A stretch of 35,403 nt of DNA. It comes from Actinomycetota bacterium (lineage in GTDB: Bacteria > Actinomycetota > Acidimicrobiia > Spongiisociales > UBA4744). The stretch is from the NCBI GenBank assembly GCA_013152275.1, contig JAADGS010000096.1, positions 1 through 35,403 on the forward strand, given 5' to 3'. A model generated the notes under the pieces. That model was not told where the DNA came from and made no database searches. It saw nothing but the letters and a program-made list of their open reading frames with translations. The position numbers and the translations under genes were made by a program. Shown here one piece after another: positions 1 to 9,104 of the stretch (position 1 is its first letter; every line of letters starts with the position of its first letter).

Positions 1-130
1 GACGTTGATCGCCGGCCCCGCTACGAACAGGCCTACCCGACCGGTGACGGCTCATGAGGTCGGCGGCTGCAACGGTCACATGACCGGCATCCGCAGACGC
101 CGAACCGATCACCGTCGATTCGGTTGCCCC

Positions 131-721
131 TCAGGCCCTGTTGGCGAGATCACTCATGAACTCGTCCGCCGGCACGAACATCTTCGCGTAGTGATGCACC
201 CACTTGATCGTTCCGTCCTGTCCGACGAGAGCGAAACTGTGCGCCGGTCGATCCGAGTGACCGTAGACACCGAGCATCCCGTAGGCCGATGACGTCTTGC
301 GGTTGCTGTCGATCAGGATCGGCGTCGTGATGCCGAAACGGGCCGCCTCGGTTGCGACCTGGTCCGCAGGATTCACCATGATCGGCACGAATGTGATTCC
401 CTTTGCGGCCAAGTCGCTCGCTATCTCGGGAATCTGGGCGAAACAGCCGTCACACCCGACACCCATGGAGAAGTAGAGCAGCACGTCGCCACCCTTGGCC
501 ATGACGTCCTGCAACGAGACCATCGTCCCATCGCTCGTAGGGAGGGAGAAGTCCGGCGCCGCCGACGCCACGACCGCCTCGTTCGGGCCTGAAGACAGGA
601 CACCGAAGAGAACCAGCCCGACGATACCGATGATGGGTATGCCAAACCCGATCCACTTGCCGATCGATGACTTGCGTTTCGGCTCCGGACGCTTCCGTGG
701 TTGCGCTCCTGCTCTACTCAT
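131..721 (-). CDS. Membrane-anchored redoxin (AhpC/TSA-TlpA fold), CxxC
   Basis: N-terminal TM (WIGFGIPIIGIVGLVLFGV), APDFSL, GCDGC motif, ILIDSNRKTSSAYG; ATG at 721 overlaps the end of the ccdA-like gene. Confidence 0.8.
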   Translation of the reverse strand: MSRAGAQPRKRPEPKRKSSIGKWIGFGIPIIGIVGLVLFGVLSSGPNEAVVASAAPDFSLPTSDGTMVSLQDVMAKGGDVLLYFSMGVGCDGCFAQIPEIASDLAAKGITFVPIMVNPADQVATEAARFGITTPILIDSNRKTSSAYGMLGVYGHSDRPAHSFALVGQDGTIKWVHHYAKMFVPADEFMSDLANRA

Positions 722-1631
722 GACAACTCCCTTCTGTGTCTTCATCTGTGCTTTCGTGATCTTCATGGTCCGTTTCGGGAGGTCGGCGCCGTCCCGCGAT
801 GGCTATGGCAAGCCCTGCAACCCCGACCAGGAACAGGCCGGCCGCCCAGTCGGGAATGACTGCCAGGACGTCGACCACAGGGCTGAGATGTTCTTCGAAC
901 CACGTGCCGATTCCCGCCTGGAATGAAGGGGCGATGGTCGCTCCCGACACCCCGACAAAGATCAACACGATCCCCATCGCTCCCATCAGGCCACTGGTGA
1001 CCAGGTTGAGCGTGTTCGTGACGAACGTCTTGCCGGCCAGGCGCCAGGTGACCGTTCTGCCCTTCATGAAGTTCCGTTCGCCGATGTGCCAGCGGTCCCA
1101 TGCGACGGTCATGATGAGCAACGGGAACACCATCCCGAACACGTAGGCGAGACCGATGCCGACCCCTTGCCACATGGAAGGAGCGACGGCCGAGAGGGTG
1201 ACCACACCTGCCAGGACCGGAGCACAGCATGAACTCGCCGCCCCCGAGAACACGCCGAGGGCGAACACTCCGGCCGAATCGGTTCGTTGTATGTCGGGAG
1301 ATCCCTTGAGCATCGGCAATGCCCAACTGCGTCCGATTGCAGCGGCACCGGCAAGCCCGAGAAGGATCAGGCCGGCACCGACGTATACGGCGCCGTGATA
1401 GCGAAGCAGCGAGCGGGTCAGGAAACCCACACCGAGGGTGACGGGGACCAGCACGACTGCGAGACCGAGGGCAAAGATGAACGTCAGAGGGAGGAGCCGC
1501 CATCGGCCGTTTCTCACCGCCGCCGACAGGTATGCCGGGAACATGAACACGATGCAACAGGGGGCAAACAGCGCCACCGCGCCGGCAAAGAACGCCGCGA
1601 TGAGCGAGCCCCCGAGAAAGACACCTTCCAT
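714..1631 (-). CDS. ccdA: Cytochrome c biogenesis CcdA / DsbD transmembrane domain protein
   Basis: Polytopic; conserved Cys regions FAPCCIVFMFPAYL and SSCCAPVLAGV; TGATG coupling with the upstream gene. Confidence 0.85.
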   Translation of the reverse strand: MEGVFLGGSLIAAFFAGAVALFAPCCIVFMFPAYLSAAVRNGRWRLLPLTFIFALGLAVVLVPVTLGVGFLTRSLLRYHGAVYVGAGLILLGLAGAAAIGRSWALPMLKGSPDIQRTDSAGVFALGVFSGAASSCCAPVLAGVVTLSAVAPSMWQGVGIGLAYVFGMVFPLLIMTVAWDRWHIGERNFMKGRTVTWRLAGKTFVTNTLNLVTSGLMGAMGIVLIFVGVSGATIAPSFQAGIGTWFEEHLSPVVDVLAVIPDWAAGLFLVGVAGLAIAIAGRRRPPETDHEDHESTDEDTEGSCHE

Positions 1632-1897
1632 CAACCACTCCCCTCGACTCGTGATGCCAACACTTTGCGCAACTTGCGCTCCGAGATCCTTCCGTATCCG
1701 AAGAGCTCACCGTCGATCAGCAGCAGTGGCGGGTACGGGGCCCTCCATCGCCGTTGAGCTGCCGCACCGTCGGGTGACGCGAGATCGATCTCGGATACGT
1801 CGAGAGGAACATCTGCACCTACCCGCTCGAGAACCTCGCGGGCATGGCTGCAGTAGTGACAGCCGGGGCTCGTCACGAGAGTGACGGAATGCCTCAA
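1631..1897 (-). CDS. Glutaredoxin-family protein
   Basis: VTLVTSPGCHYC, PPLLLIDGE; probable TTG start overlapping the cupredoxin stop (TTGA). Confidence 0.8.
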   Translation of the reverse strand: MRHSVTLVTSPGCHYCSHAREVLERVGADVPLDVSEIDLASPDGAAAQRRWRAPYPPLLLIDGELFGYGRISERKLRKVLASRVEGSG

Positions 1898-2373
1898 CCC
1901 GTCACCTCGAGCGTTCCGATCATGCCCGCCTCGGCGTGACCCGGGAGAGAACACAGGATTTCGTACGTTCCCGCGGGCGGATCGGCCAATCCGACCGTTT
2001 CCTGCCCGCCGGGCCCTGCGGCCACCCGGACGCCAAGCGCGGGGATCGTGAGGTCGTGAGGCAGCGCCCCCTCATTGACGAGGGTGATGTTCACCGCTTC
2101 TCCGGCGGGAATCGTGATGGTTGAAGGCTCGAACCGAAACTCCGAGGCCACGACCGTCACCTGCGCGGCACCCGGGATCGCCGGGGATCCGGCCGACCCC
2201 CAACCGTCGTGCATCGGATGCCCGCCCATCTGGCCCCACCAGCCGGACGGATTGTCACCGTGCATCCCTGCCCACGGTGTCCCCGACCACGGAAAGAGAA
2301 CCGTGGACGAGACGGTGGAACCGACGAGCGCCACGGCGATCAGAGCGAGCCCGACGATCCAAAGGCGTTTCAT
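1894..2373 (-). CDS. Exported cupredoxin (type-1 copper protein) with His/Met-rich linker
   Basis: Signal peptide/TM, GMHGD..QMGGHPMH linker, FRFEPSTITI, PHDL and C-x4-H-x4-M (CSLPGHAEAGM) ligand set. Confidence 0.88.
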   Translation of the reverse strand: MKRLWIVGLALIAVALVGSTVSSTVLFPWSGTPWAGMHGDNPSGWWGQMGGHPMHDGWGSAGSPAIPGAAQVTVVASEFRFEPSTITIPAGEAVNITLVNEGALPHDLTIPALGVRVAAGPGGQETVGLADPPAGTYEILCSLPGHAEAGMIGTLEVTG

Positions 2374-2376
2374 CGC

Positions 2377-2595
2377 TCAGCCCCGCGACAGCTCATCACG
2401 ACGAGCAACGAACTCGTCATGATCGATCTCGCCGCGCGCATACCGCTCCTCGAGGATTTCGAGCGCTCTGCTTTTCGGACGCGTTCCGCTCCCTGACGAT
2501 CCGGAACGCACCGCCCAAACGATCAATACAACGATGCCGACCCAGAAGAGCAGCATCCACAGCGGCCCCAACCAGCCTCCCCATCCCCACATCAT
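2377..2595 (-). CDS. Small membrane protein with SHOCT domain
   Basis: MMWGWGGWLG..TM..ALEILEERYARGEIDHDEF; strong RBS GAGGAGGAG upstream. Confidence 0.88.
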   Translation of the reverse strand: MMWGWGGWLGPLWMLLFWVGIVVLIVWAVRSGSSGSGTRPKSRALEILEERYARGEIDHDEFVARRDELSRG

Positions 2596-2659
2596 GAAGT
2601 CTCCTCCTCGGTCAGGAAGAGGATGGCGTGGCAAGATCAAGCGGAGATGAGCGCGAATG

Positions 2660-2679
2660 TGAAGCTTCGATGAAGGTTC
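2660..2679. promoter_or_regulatory. OmpR-family (CopR-like) direct-repeat binding site
   Basis: TGAAGCTTC-ga-TGAAGGTTC with 11-bp period upstream of the SHOCT-cupredoxin operon; weaker half-sites (TCAAG, TGAGC) continue toward 2637. Confidence 0.6.
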
Positions 2680-3772
2680 AGATGGCCGGCAGGCTGATCT
2701 CGAACGTCGATCCCGATCCCGGCCCTTCTGATAGGGCGATGACATCGCCGCCGTGCAGACGTGCCAGGCGGCGGGCGATGGTGAGTCCGATACCGGTGCC
2801 ACCACGTCGTGAGGTGCCACCCCGGTAGAAGCGTTCGAAGATGGTTTCGAGGTGCTCGGGTTCGATACCAACGCCGGTGTCGCCGACCGTAACGACGACT
2901 TCACCCGATCCTGTTCGGCCGGCGATCTCGACACGTCCGCCCGCAGGCGTGTAGGACAGAGCGTTCCCGATGATGTTGGTGAAGACCTGAGCGATACGAT
3001 CCCGGTCGGCTCTCGCCGGCAGGGGGGACATGTCGTGGACGACGAGTTCGACGCTGTTGCTCTCGAACTGAGGCCGGAGCCGTGCAGCGACCTCGCCGGC
3101 CACCTCACCGAGATCGAGCCAATCGGCTTCGAGCTCGATGCGTCCTTCCTCGACCCTCGACAGCACACTCAGATCTCGCGCCAGTCGCTTCAATCTGGAC
3201 GCTTCGTGACCGGCCGCGGCAAAGATCTCGTCACTTGGAGTGAAGACGCCATCGAGCAACCCTTCCATGTAACCCTCGATCGTGGAGAGCGGGGTGCGCA
3301 ACTCGTGAGCGACCTCGGAGATCAGTTGAAGTCGCCGCTGCTCCACCATGTCGAGCGCTTCGGCGAGAGCGTTCACATCGGTGGCGAGGGCGGCAAGTTC
3401 CGCTTCCGCGGGCATCGGAACCCGCTCCTGGTACGAGCCGGAGGCGAGACGTCGAGCTGCTCGGCGCACGGCCTCGACCGGACGCAGGATCCGCCCGGAC
3501 GCATACGCACTCACCACGAGCGCCGTCGCCACACTCGCACCGAGGGACACCGCCAGCGCCCTTCCGAAGGATGCGTTGAAACTGGTCTTGAGTTGACCGA
3601 CCATCGAATTGGACATCGTTCCAAACGTTCGGGTCATTGCAGCGAGGTGTGCAGCAAAGAACTGAGGCGCAAGAATCTGCATCGTCACGAGCATCGTTAT
3701 GGCGCCAACCACGACGACGGTCAGATAGGAGACCAAGAGGCGAACCCGCAGGGTCTTGAACGGAATCCTCAT
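2678..3772 (-). CDS. Sensor histidine kinase (HAMP-HisKA-HATPase), CopS/BaeS-like
   Basis: Two TMs, HAMP, H-box VAHELRTPL, N-box NIIGNA, DTGVGI, FERFYR, GTGIGL; ATGA overlap with the regulator. Confidence 0.92.
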   Translation of the reverse strand: MRIPFKTLRVRLLVSYLTVVVVGAITMLVTMQILAPQFFAAHLAAMTRTFGTMSNSMVGQLKTSFNASFGRALAVSLGASVATALVVSAYASGRILRPVEAVRRAARRLASGSYQERVPMPAEAELAALATDVNALAEALDMVEQRRLQLISEVAHELRTPLSTIEGYMEGLLDGVFTPSDEIFAAAGHEASRLKRLARDLSVLSRVEEGRIELEADWLDLGEVAGEVAARLRPQFESNSVELVVHDMSPLPARADRDRIAQVFTNIIGNALSYTPAGGRVEIAGRTGSGEVVVTVGDTGVGIEPEHLETIFERFYRGGTSRRGGTGIGLTIARRLARLHGGDVIALSEGPGSGSTFEISLPAI

Positions 3773-4464
3773 CCGGCCTCCGCCACGAACTTGTAGCCGA
3801 CCCCGCGCACCGTGGCGATGAATCGTGGATCGGCTGCCTGGTCGCCGAGCTTGCGACGAAGGCTGGAGATGTGCACGTCGACGACTCGATCTGCACCGAA
3901 GTAGTCCCATCCCCAGACGCGCTCGAGCAGCTGCTCACGCGTGAACACCCTCCCGGGCGCCGACGAGAGAGCGGCGAGCAGATCGAACTCGAGCGCACTC
4001 AACTCCACATGCTCGCCGTCCCGCAGCACCTCCCTGCGAGCGGGATCGATCGTCACACCAACGAAATGCACCGCATCGTCCTCTCGGGACGAGGGCGTCT
4101 TCCATCTCCGGAGAACCGCTCGAATGCGCGCCGTGAGCTCGCGGGGGCTGAATGGCTTCGTCACATAGTCGTCCGCTCCAACCGTGAGCCCGACGACACG
4201 ATCCACCTCCTCCACACGGGCGGTCAACATGATCACGGGAACGTCCGACTCGGCCCGAATCTCACGGAGTACTTCAAAGCCGTCCGATCCGGGCATCACC
4301 ACGTCGAGAAGCACCAAGTCCGGCCGTTTCTCTCTGAACAGCCGAAGCGCATCGACGCTGTTGGCCGCCTCGACCACCTCGAAGCCGTCCGAGGCAAGAT
4401 ACGACGCGACCATTCTTCGAAGTCCGGCCTCATCGTCGACCACGAGGATCAGACGCTTGTCCAT
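3769..4464 (-). CDS. OmpR/PhoB-family response regulator
   Basis: VVDDE, LLDVVMP, GADDYVTKPFS, winged helix VDVHISSLRRKL..TVRGVGY. Confidence 0.95.
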   Translation of the reverse strand: MDKRLILVVDDEAGLRRMVASYLASDGFEVVEAANSVDALRLFREKRPDLVLLDVVMPGSDGFEVLREIRAESDVPVIMLTARVEEVDRVVGLTVGADDYVTKPFSPRELTARIRAVLRRWKTPSSREDDAVHFVGVTIDPARREVLRDGEHVELSALEFDLLAALSSAPGRVFTREQLLERVWGWDYFGADRVVDVHISSLRRKLGDQAADPRFIATVRGVGYKFVAEAG

Positions 4465-4476
4465 GTCCCGATGGTA
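4465..4476 (-). promoter_or_regulatory. Probable leaderless promoter (-10) of the response regulator
   Basis: TACCAT then 6 nt then ATG; no SD. Confidence 0.5.
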
Positions 4477-4823
4477 TCCGGCCCACGACCAAATCCGGTA
4501 CTCCCGGCTACCCGGTCGACAAAGCCTTGGCCGTCGACCGATGATGAACCCCGCCTGGATGGGCGCGCCGACACACCGGCCACCCTTGGATACAGGCGTG
4601 ATCTGGGCACACCGGAGTCCAGAATCGCCTGACTCGAACGCTTCTGGTTCGGACCTTCGAGCTCTCGATCAGCGATGCTTCGGTGGTCATGATGCGAACG
4701 GCGTCACCTGTTCGACCTGGGTGTTGCGTCCCAAGACGGCCTGGCAACGTTGCAGATCGATCAATCTCCCGTTGCACTCGAAGGGCTTGGCCTGGCTCGG
4801 GCACGAAAGCGGAGTAGAGGCTC

Positions 4824-4838
4824 TGATATCATCGGCGG
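4824..4838 (+). promoter_or_regulatory. Extended -10 leaderless promoter of the NAD regulator
   Basis: TG-a-TATCAT then 6 nt then GTG start. Confidence 0.55.
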
Positions 4839-5729
4839 GTGGACGCCGTTGCTCTGACCCTGGACGTGGTCACCGCCGCGGTGACCGGGGAGCAGCCCAG
4901 GGTTCTCACCGTCGGCGATCCCCCCGCCATCCCCTCGGGATCCCTGCGCAGGGATGATTCGACATTCGAACTGGCGGTGCGCCGCCTACTCAAAGAGCAG
5001 ACCGCACTCGAGGTGGGCTACGTGGAGCAGCTCTACACCTTCGGCGATCTCGCCAGGACGGACACGGCGAGTCGCCGCAGGGTGTCGGTCACCTACCTGG
5101 CCCTGGTCGAGGAGACGACTCCGGCACAGGGTGCCGCCTGGAGCGACTGGTACGCCTTCTTTCCCTGGGAGGATCACCGTGTCGCCTGGCCGGGGGTACT
5201 CTCCGAGCGGGTCGAGCCGGAGCTCACCGCATGGGCAGGCGGAGACGCCGAGCGCAGCCGCAGGGTCAGGTCGGCGTTCGGCCTGGGTGTCGCCTGGGAC
5301 CCGATCCGTGTCCTGGAACGATACGAACTGCTCTACGAAGTGGGCCTTGTCGAAGAGGCGTATCGTGATGCCGGCACGGAGCCGCCTTCCGAACTGGGAA
5401 CGGGCCTCGCCCTCGGTGGTGATCACCGCCGGATCTTGGCATCGGCCCTGGGGAGGCTGCGGGGCAAGCTGACCTACCGTCCCGTCGTATTCGAGGTGCT
5501 GCCGGAGACCTTCACCTTGCGCCTGTTGCAGCGCACCGTCGAGGCGGTGATCGGAGTGCACCTTCACACGCAGAACTTTCGTCGTCTCATGGAGCGCGAG
5601 CGGTTGGTCGAGGGAACCGGGCAACGGGCGCCTTCGAGCGGAGGTCGCCCGCCCGAACTGTTCCGATTCCGACGCGAGGTGTTGGGAGAGCGACCTCGTC
5701 CCGGCGTGCGTTTCCCCGGCTACCGTTAG
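4839..5729 (+). CDS. nadQ: NadQ/NrtR-family (Nudix-like + wHTH) NAD biosynthesis regulator
   Basis: GYVEQLYTFGD, WYAFFPWEDHR, VLERYELLYEVGLV, DHRRILASALGRLRGKLTYRPVVFE, FTLRLLQRTVEA..HTQNFRRL; directly upstream of nadABC. Confidence 0.8.
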   Translation: MDAVALTLDVVTAAVTGEQPRVLTVGDPPAIPSGSLRRDDSTFELAVRRLLKEQTALEVGYVEQLYTFGDLARTDTASRRRVSVTYLALVEETTPAQGAAWSDWYAFFPWEDHRVAWPGVLSERVEPELTAWAGGDAERSRRVRSAFGLGVAWDPIRVLERYELLYEVGLVEEAYRDAGTEPPSELGTGLALGGDHRRILASALGRLRGKLTYRPVVFEVLPETFTLRLLQRTVEAVIGVHLHTQNFRRLMERERLVEGTGQRAPSSGGRPPELFRFRREVLGERPRPGVRFPGYR

Positions 5730-5731
5730 TA

Positions 5732-5748
5732 TTGCTCAAGTTGAGCAA
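5732..5748. promoter_or_regulatory. Palindromic operator, NadQ-box-like
   Basis: Perfect inverted repeat TTGCTCA-agt-TGAGCAA in the short AT-rich gap between the regulator and nadA. Confidence 0.75.
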
Positions 5749-5767
5749 AAGAGATCGGAGCTTCCCC

Positions 5768-6730
5768 ATGACCGCACCTGCCGTCGCCGACCGGATCGCA
5801 GCGGTCCTTCCCGCCGCAGAGGCAGCTCTCGCCGTGCCCCTGCTCGAAGAGATCGAAGAGTTGAAACGCACACGTAACGCCGTCGTTCTCGCCCACAATT
5901 ACATGACCCCGGACATCTTTCATGGGGCTGCAGACCTCACCGGCGACTCCCTTGCCCTGGCGCGCATGGCGACAGAGACCGAAGCGGACGTGATCGTCAT
6001 GGCGGGCGTTCATTTCATGGCCGAGACGGCCGCCTTGCTCAATCCGGATCGAACCGTGCTCATCCCCGATCTCGATGCCGGATGTTCCCTCGCCGAGTCG
6101 ATCACGCCCGAGCAGGTGCGAACGCTGCGCCGCGCCCATCCCGGTGTCCCTGTCGCGGTCTACGTCAACACGTCGGCAGGCGTCAAGGCAGAGTCGGACA
6201 TCACATGCACCTCCTCGAACGCGGTCCAGATCGTCGAGAGTCTCGGTGCGGAGCAGGTCATCTTCCTCCCCGACCGGTATCTGGCCGCGTGGGTCGCCAC
6301 TCAGACCGAGGTCGAGATCATCGCCTGGCAGGGAAGCTGTATCGTGCACGAGCGGTTCACCGGAGAGGATCTCCGGTCCCACCGGAGTGTCATGCCGCGG
6401 CTGACGATCCTGGCGCACCCGGAATGCCCCCCCGACGTTCTCGAGGAGGCCGATTTCGTCGGCTCCACGGCCGCCATGGAGCGCTGGGTCACCGACCGCC
6501 GGCCCGAGCAGGTGATGCTCGTCACCGAGTGCTCGATGTCGGACAACGTGGCGGCCGCCGTCCCGGACGTCGAGTTCATCCGACCCTGCAACCTGTGTCC
6601 GCATATGAAGCGGATCACCCTCGAAGGTGTGCGCGATTCCCTCCTCCATCTCAGGCATCGCGTGGTCGTCGATCCCGATATCGCCGGCAGAGCCGCCGCC
6701 GCCGTCGAACGCATGCTCTCGGTGTCGTGA
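5768..6730 (+). CDS. nadA: Quinolinate synthase A
   Basis: LAHNY, GDSLAL, GVHFMAET, AGCSLA, YVNT, CTSSNA, CIVHERF, AHPECP, CPHMKRI; RBS GGAG. Confidence 0.96.
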   Translation: MTAPAVADRIAAVLPAAEAALAVPLLEEIEELKRTRNAVVLAHNYMTPDIFHGAADLTGDSLALARMATETEADVIVMAGVHFMAETAALLNPDRTVLIPDLDAGCSLAESITPEQVRTLRRAHPGVPVAVYVNTSAGVKAESDITCTSSNAVQIVESLGAEQVIFLPDRYLAAWVATQTEVEIIAWQGSCIVHERFTGEDLRSHRSVMPRLTILAHPECPPDVLEEADFVGSTAAMERWVTDRRPEQVMLVTECSMSDNVAAAVPDVEFIRPCNLCPHMKRITLEGVRDSLLHLRHRVVVDPDIAGRAAAAVERMLSVS

Positions 6731-8268
6731 GAATCGAAACCGCCGGCACCGTCGTTGTCGGGTCCGGTATTGCCGGACTGTCCACTGCGCTCGCCCTCGA
6801 CTCCTGCGTCATCCTCACGCGTTCCGACCTGGGATCGGGTTCGAGCCGTCACGCCCAGGGTGGGATCGCCGCAGCGATCGGCCCTGGCGACAACCCCGCC
6901 GTTCACGCCGCCGACACCATCGCCGTCGGTGCGGGGCTGAACGATCGGCTCGTCGTCGATGCCGTGACCGCTGCGGCTCCGGATCGGATCCGCCGGCTGG
7001 AGGAGCTTGGCGCCCGGTTCGACCACGACGGGAACCGCCTTGTGCTGGGAAGAGAGGCGGGACATTCGACCCGCCGCATCATCCATGCCGATGGCGATGC
7101 CACGGGAGCCGAGGTGATACGCACCCTCGTCGCAGCGATCCGGGCACGTGCCGGGATCGACGTCCTCACCGGCTACGACCTTGTCGATCTCGTGCGCAGC
7201 GAGGGGCGGGTGATCGGAGTTCTCGCTCTCGATCCGGTGGGCGACCCGATGCTCCTGCTCGCCTCTGCGGTCGTGCTGGCAACGGGCGGCATCGGCCGGC
7301 TCTTCCTGCACACCACGAACCCTCGGGAAGTGACCGGAGACGGCCTCGCAGCGGCCGCCCGGGCAGGCACCGAGCTGGCCGACCTCGAGTTCATGCAGTT
7401 CCACCCGACGGCCCTCGCCGTTCCCGCAGACCCGTTGCCGCTGCTCACCGAGGCCTTGCGCGGCGAGGGAGCCGTCCTCGTCGACGAGCGGGGTGAGCAC
7501 ATCATGGAGGGAGTGCATCCCGACGCGGATCTCGCCCCCCGGGATCTGGTGGCTCGCACGGTGTGGCGCCGGATGGAGCAGGGCCATCGGATCGGACTCG
7601 ATGCCACCCATCTGGGCGAGCGGTTCCTCGAACGCTTTCCCACCGTCTGGGAGGCGGCCGACACCTTCGGCCTCGATCCGCGGCGGGAACCGCTTCCCGT
7701 CACTCCTGCGGCACACTTTCACATGGGCGGCATCGCCACCGACGTTCGTGGCCGCACGAGCCTTCCCGGCCTGTGGGCGGTCGGCGAGGTGGCCTCGACG
7801 GGGCTGCACGGCGCCAACCGGCTCGCCTCCAACTCATTGCTCGAGGGCATGGCCATTGCCGCCAGGCTGGCACGGGACGTGACGTCGACCGCGACGACGG
7901 CCCCGGTCGCCGATGCGGGACGGCTCGAGATACCCGTAGACGCACTCTCCGTCGATCGCGATCGCGACCCGGCGGCGATCGAGTCGATCCGGGAGACCGC
8001 CTGGCGATGGGTCGGCATCATCAGGGACGCTGCCGGGCTCGGCGCGGCCAGGGAGCACTTCGGCCTACCCGGACGAACAGGACTCGTCGAACGGAACCTC
8101 CGTGCCGTGGGAGGGCTGGTCGCCTCGGCGGCGCTGGCCCGTACCGAGTCGAGAGGGGCCCATTTCCGCAGCGATTACCCCGCGCTCGATCCCGCACAGG
8201 CGCACCGTTCGATGGTGCGGCCCGATGTGGCACCGTCGGTGACGCCTGCACTCGGGAGTCGGATATGA
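6727..8268 (+). CDS. nadB: L-aspartate oxidase
   Basis: VVGSGIAGL, AQGGIAAA, REAGHS, LATGG, QFHPT, TEALRGEGA, AHFHMGG, GLHGANRLASNSLLE; GTGA overlap with nadA. Confidence 0.95.
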   Translation: MRIETAGTVVVGSGIAGLSTALALDSCVILTRSDLGSGSSRHAQGGIAAAIGPGDNPAVHAADTIAVGAGLNDRLVVDAVTAAAPDRIRRLEELGARFDHDGNRLVLGREAGHSTRRIIHADGDATGAEVIRTLVAAIRARAGIDVLTGYDLVDLVRSEGRVIGVLALDPVGDPMLLLASAVVLATGGIGRLFLHTTNPREVTGDGLAAAARAGTELADLEFMQFHPTALAVPADPLPLLTEALRGEGAVLVDERGEHIMEGVHPDADLAPRDLVARTVWRRMEQGHRIGLDATHLGERFLERFPTVWEAADTFGLDPRREPLPVTPAAHFHMGGIATDVRGRTSLPGLWAVGEVASTGLHGANRLASNSLLEGMAIAARLARDVTSTATTAPVADAGRLEIPVDALSVDRDRDPAAIESIRETAWRWVGIIRDAAGLGAAREHFGLPGRTGLVERNLRAVGGLVASAALARTESRGAHFRSDYPALDPAQAHRSMVRPDVAPSVTPALGSRI

Positions 8269-9104
8269 GGTTCATTCCTCCCGGCACCATCGATCTGCTG
8301 CGGCGCGCCCTTGCGGAGGATCTCGCCGCTGCGGGAGATATCACCACGAACGCCGTCGTGCCTGCAGGTGTCCGCATGCAGGCGACTCTGGTGACACGCG
8401 AACAGGGGACCATCGCCGGGCTCGAGGCGTCGCTGCGCGTGTTCACCCTCCTCGACACCGATGTGACCGTCACGGCGCAAGTCGACGACGGAACCACGGT
8501 CCGAGCGGGCACGGCGCTCGCGTTCCTCGAAGGACCGGCGGTGGGGCTCCTCACCGGTGAGCGCACCAGCCTGAACCTGCTCTGCCACCTCTCCGGGATC
8601 GCCACCGCCACCGCGGCAGCCGTCGCCGCCGTCGAAGGGACCGGCGCCGTGGTCGCAGACACGCGCAAGACCACGCCGGGGTTGCGAGCGCTGGAGAAGA
8701 TGGCCGTTCGCCTCGGGGGCGGGCGGAACCATCGCTTCGGGCTCTATGACGCCGTCCTGATCAAGGACAATCATCTGGCCCTGGTCGGCTCCGTGGATGC
8801 TGCGGTGCAACGAGCCAGGGACCGGGTCGGCCACATGGTGAAGATCGAGGTCGAGGTGGAGACACTCGACGCCTTGGCGGAGGCGCTCGATGCCGGAGTC
8901 GACGCGGTGCTGCTCGACAACATGAGCCCTCCCCTGCTTCGCGAGGCCGTGCGCCTGGTGGACGGCCGGTGCATCACCGAGTCTTCCGGATCGATCACGC
9001 TCGACACGATTCGCGCGGTCGCCGAGACGGGCGTCGACGTGGTGTCGTTGGGCTGGATCACGCATTCGGCTCCCGCCCTCGACATCGCCCTCGACGCAGA
9101 CTGA
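8265..9104 (+). CDS. nadC: Quinolinate phosphoribosyltransferase (nicotinate-nucleotide pyrophosphorylase)
   Basis: AEDL..GDITT, DTRKTTPGLR, NHRFGLYDAVLIKDNH, EVEVE, LLDNM; ATGA overlap with nadB. Confidence 0.96.
   Translation: MRFIPPGTIDLLRRALAEDLAAAGDITTNAVVPAGVRMQATLVTREQGTIAGLEASLRVFTLLDTDVTVTAQVDDGTTVRAGTALAFLEGPAVGLLTGERTSLNLLCHLSGIATATAAAVAAVEGTGAVVADTRKTTPGLRALEKMAVRLGGGRNHRFGLYDAVLIKDNHLALVGSVDAAVQRARDRVGHMVKIEVEVETLDALAEALDAGVDAVLLDNMSPPLLREAVRLVDGRCITESSGSITLDTIRAVAETGVDVVSLGWITHSAPALDIALDAD

Noticed and set aside
5730..5767. NAD+ riboswitch upstream of nadA; TTG start at 5732
   Set aside because: The gap is only 38 bp and is explained by the operator palindrome and RBS; ATG 5768 is the better start
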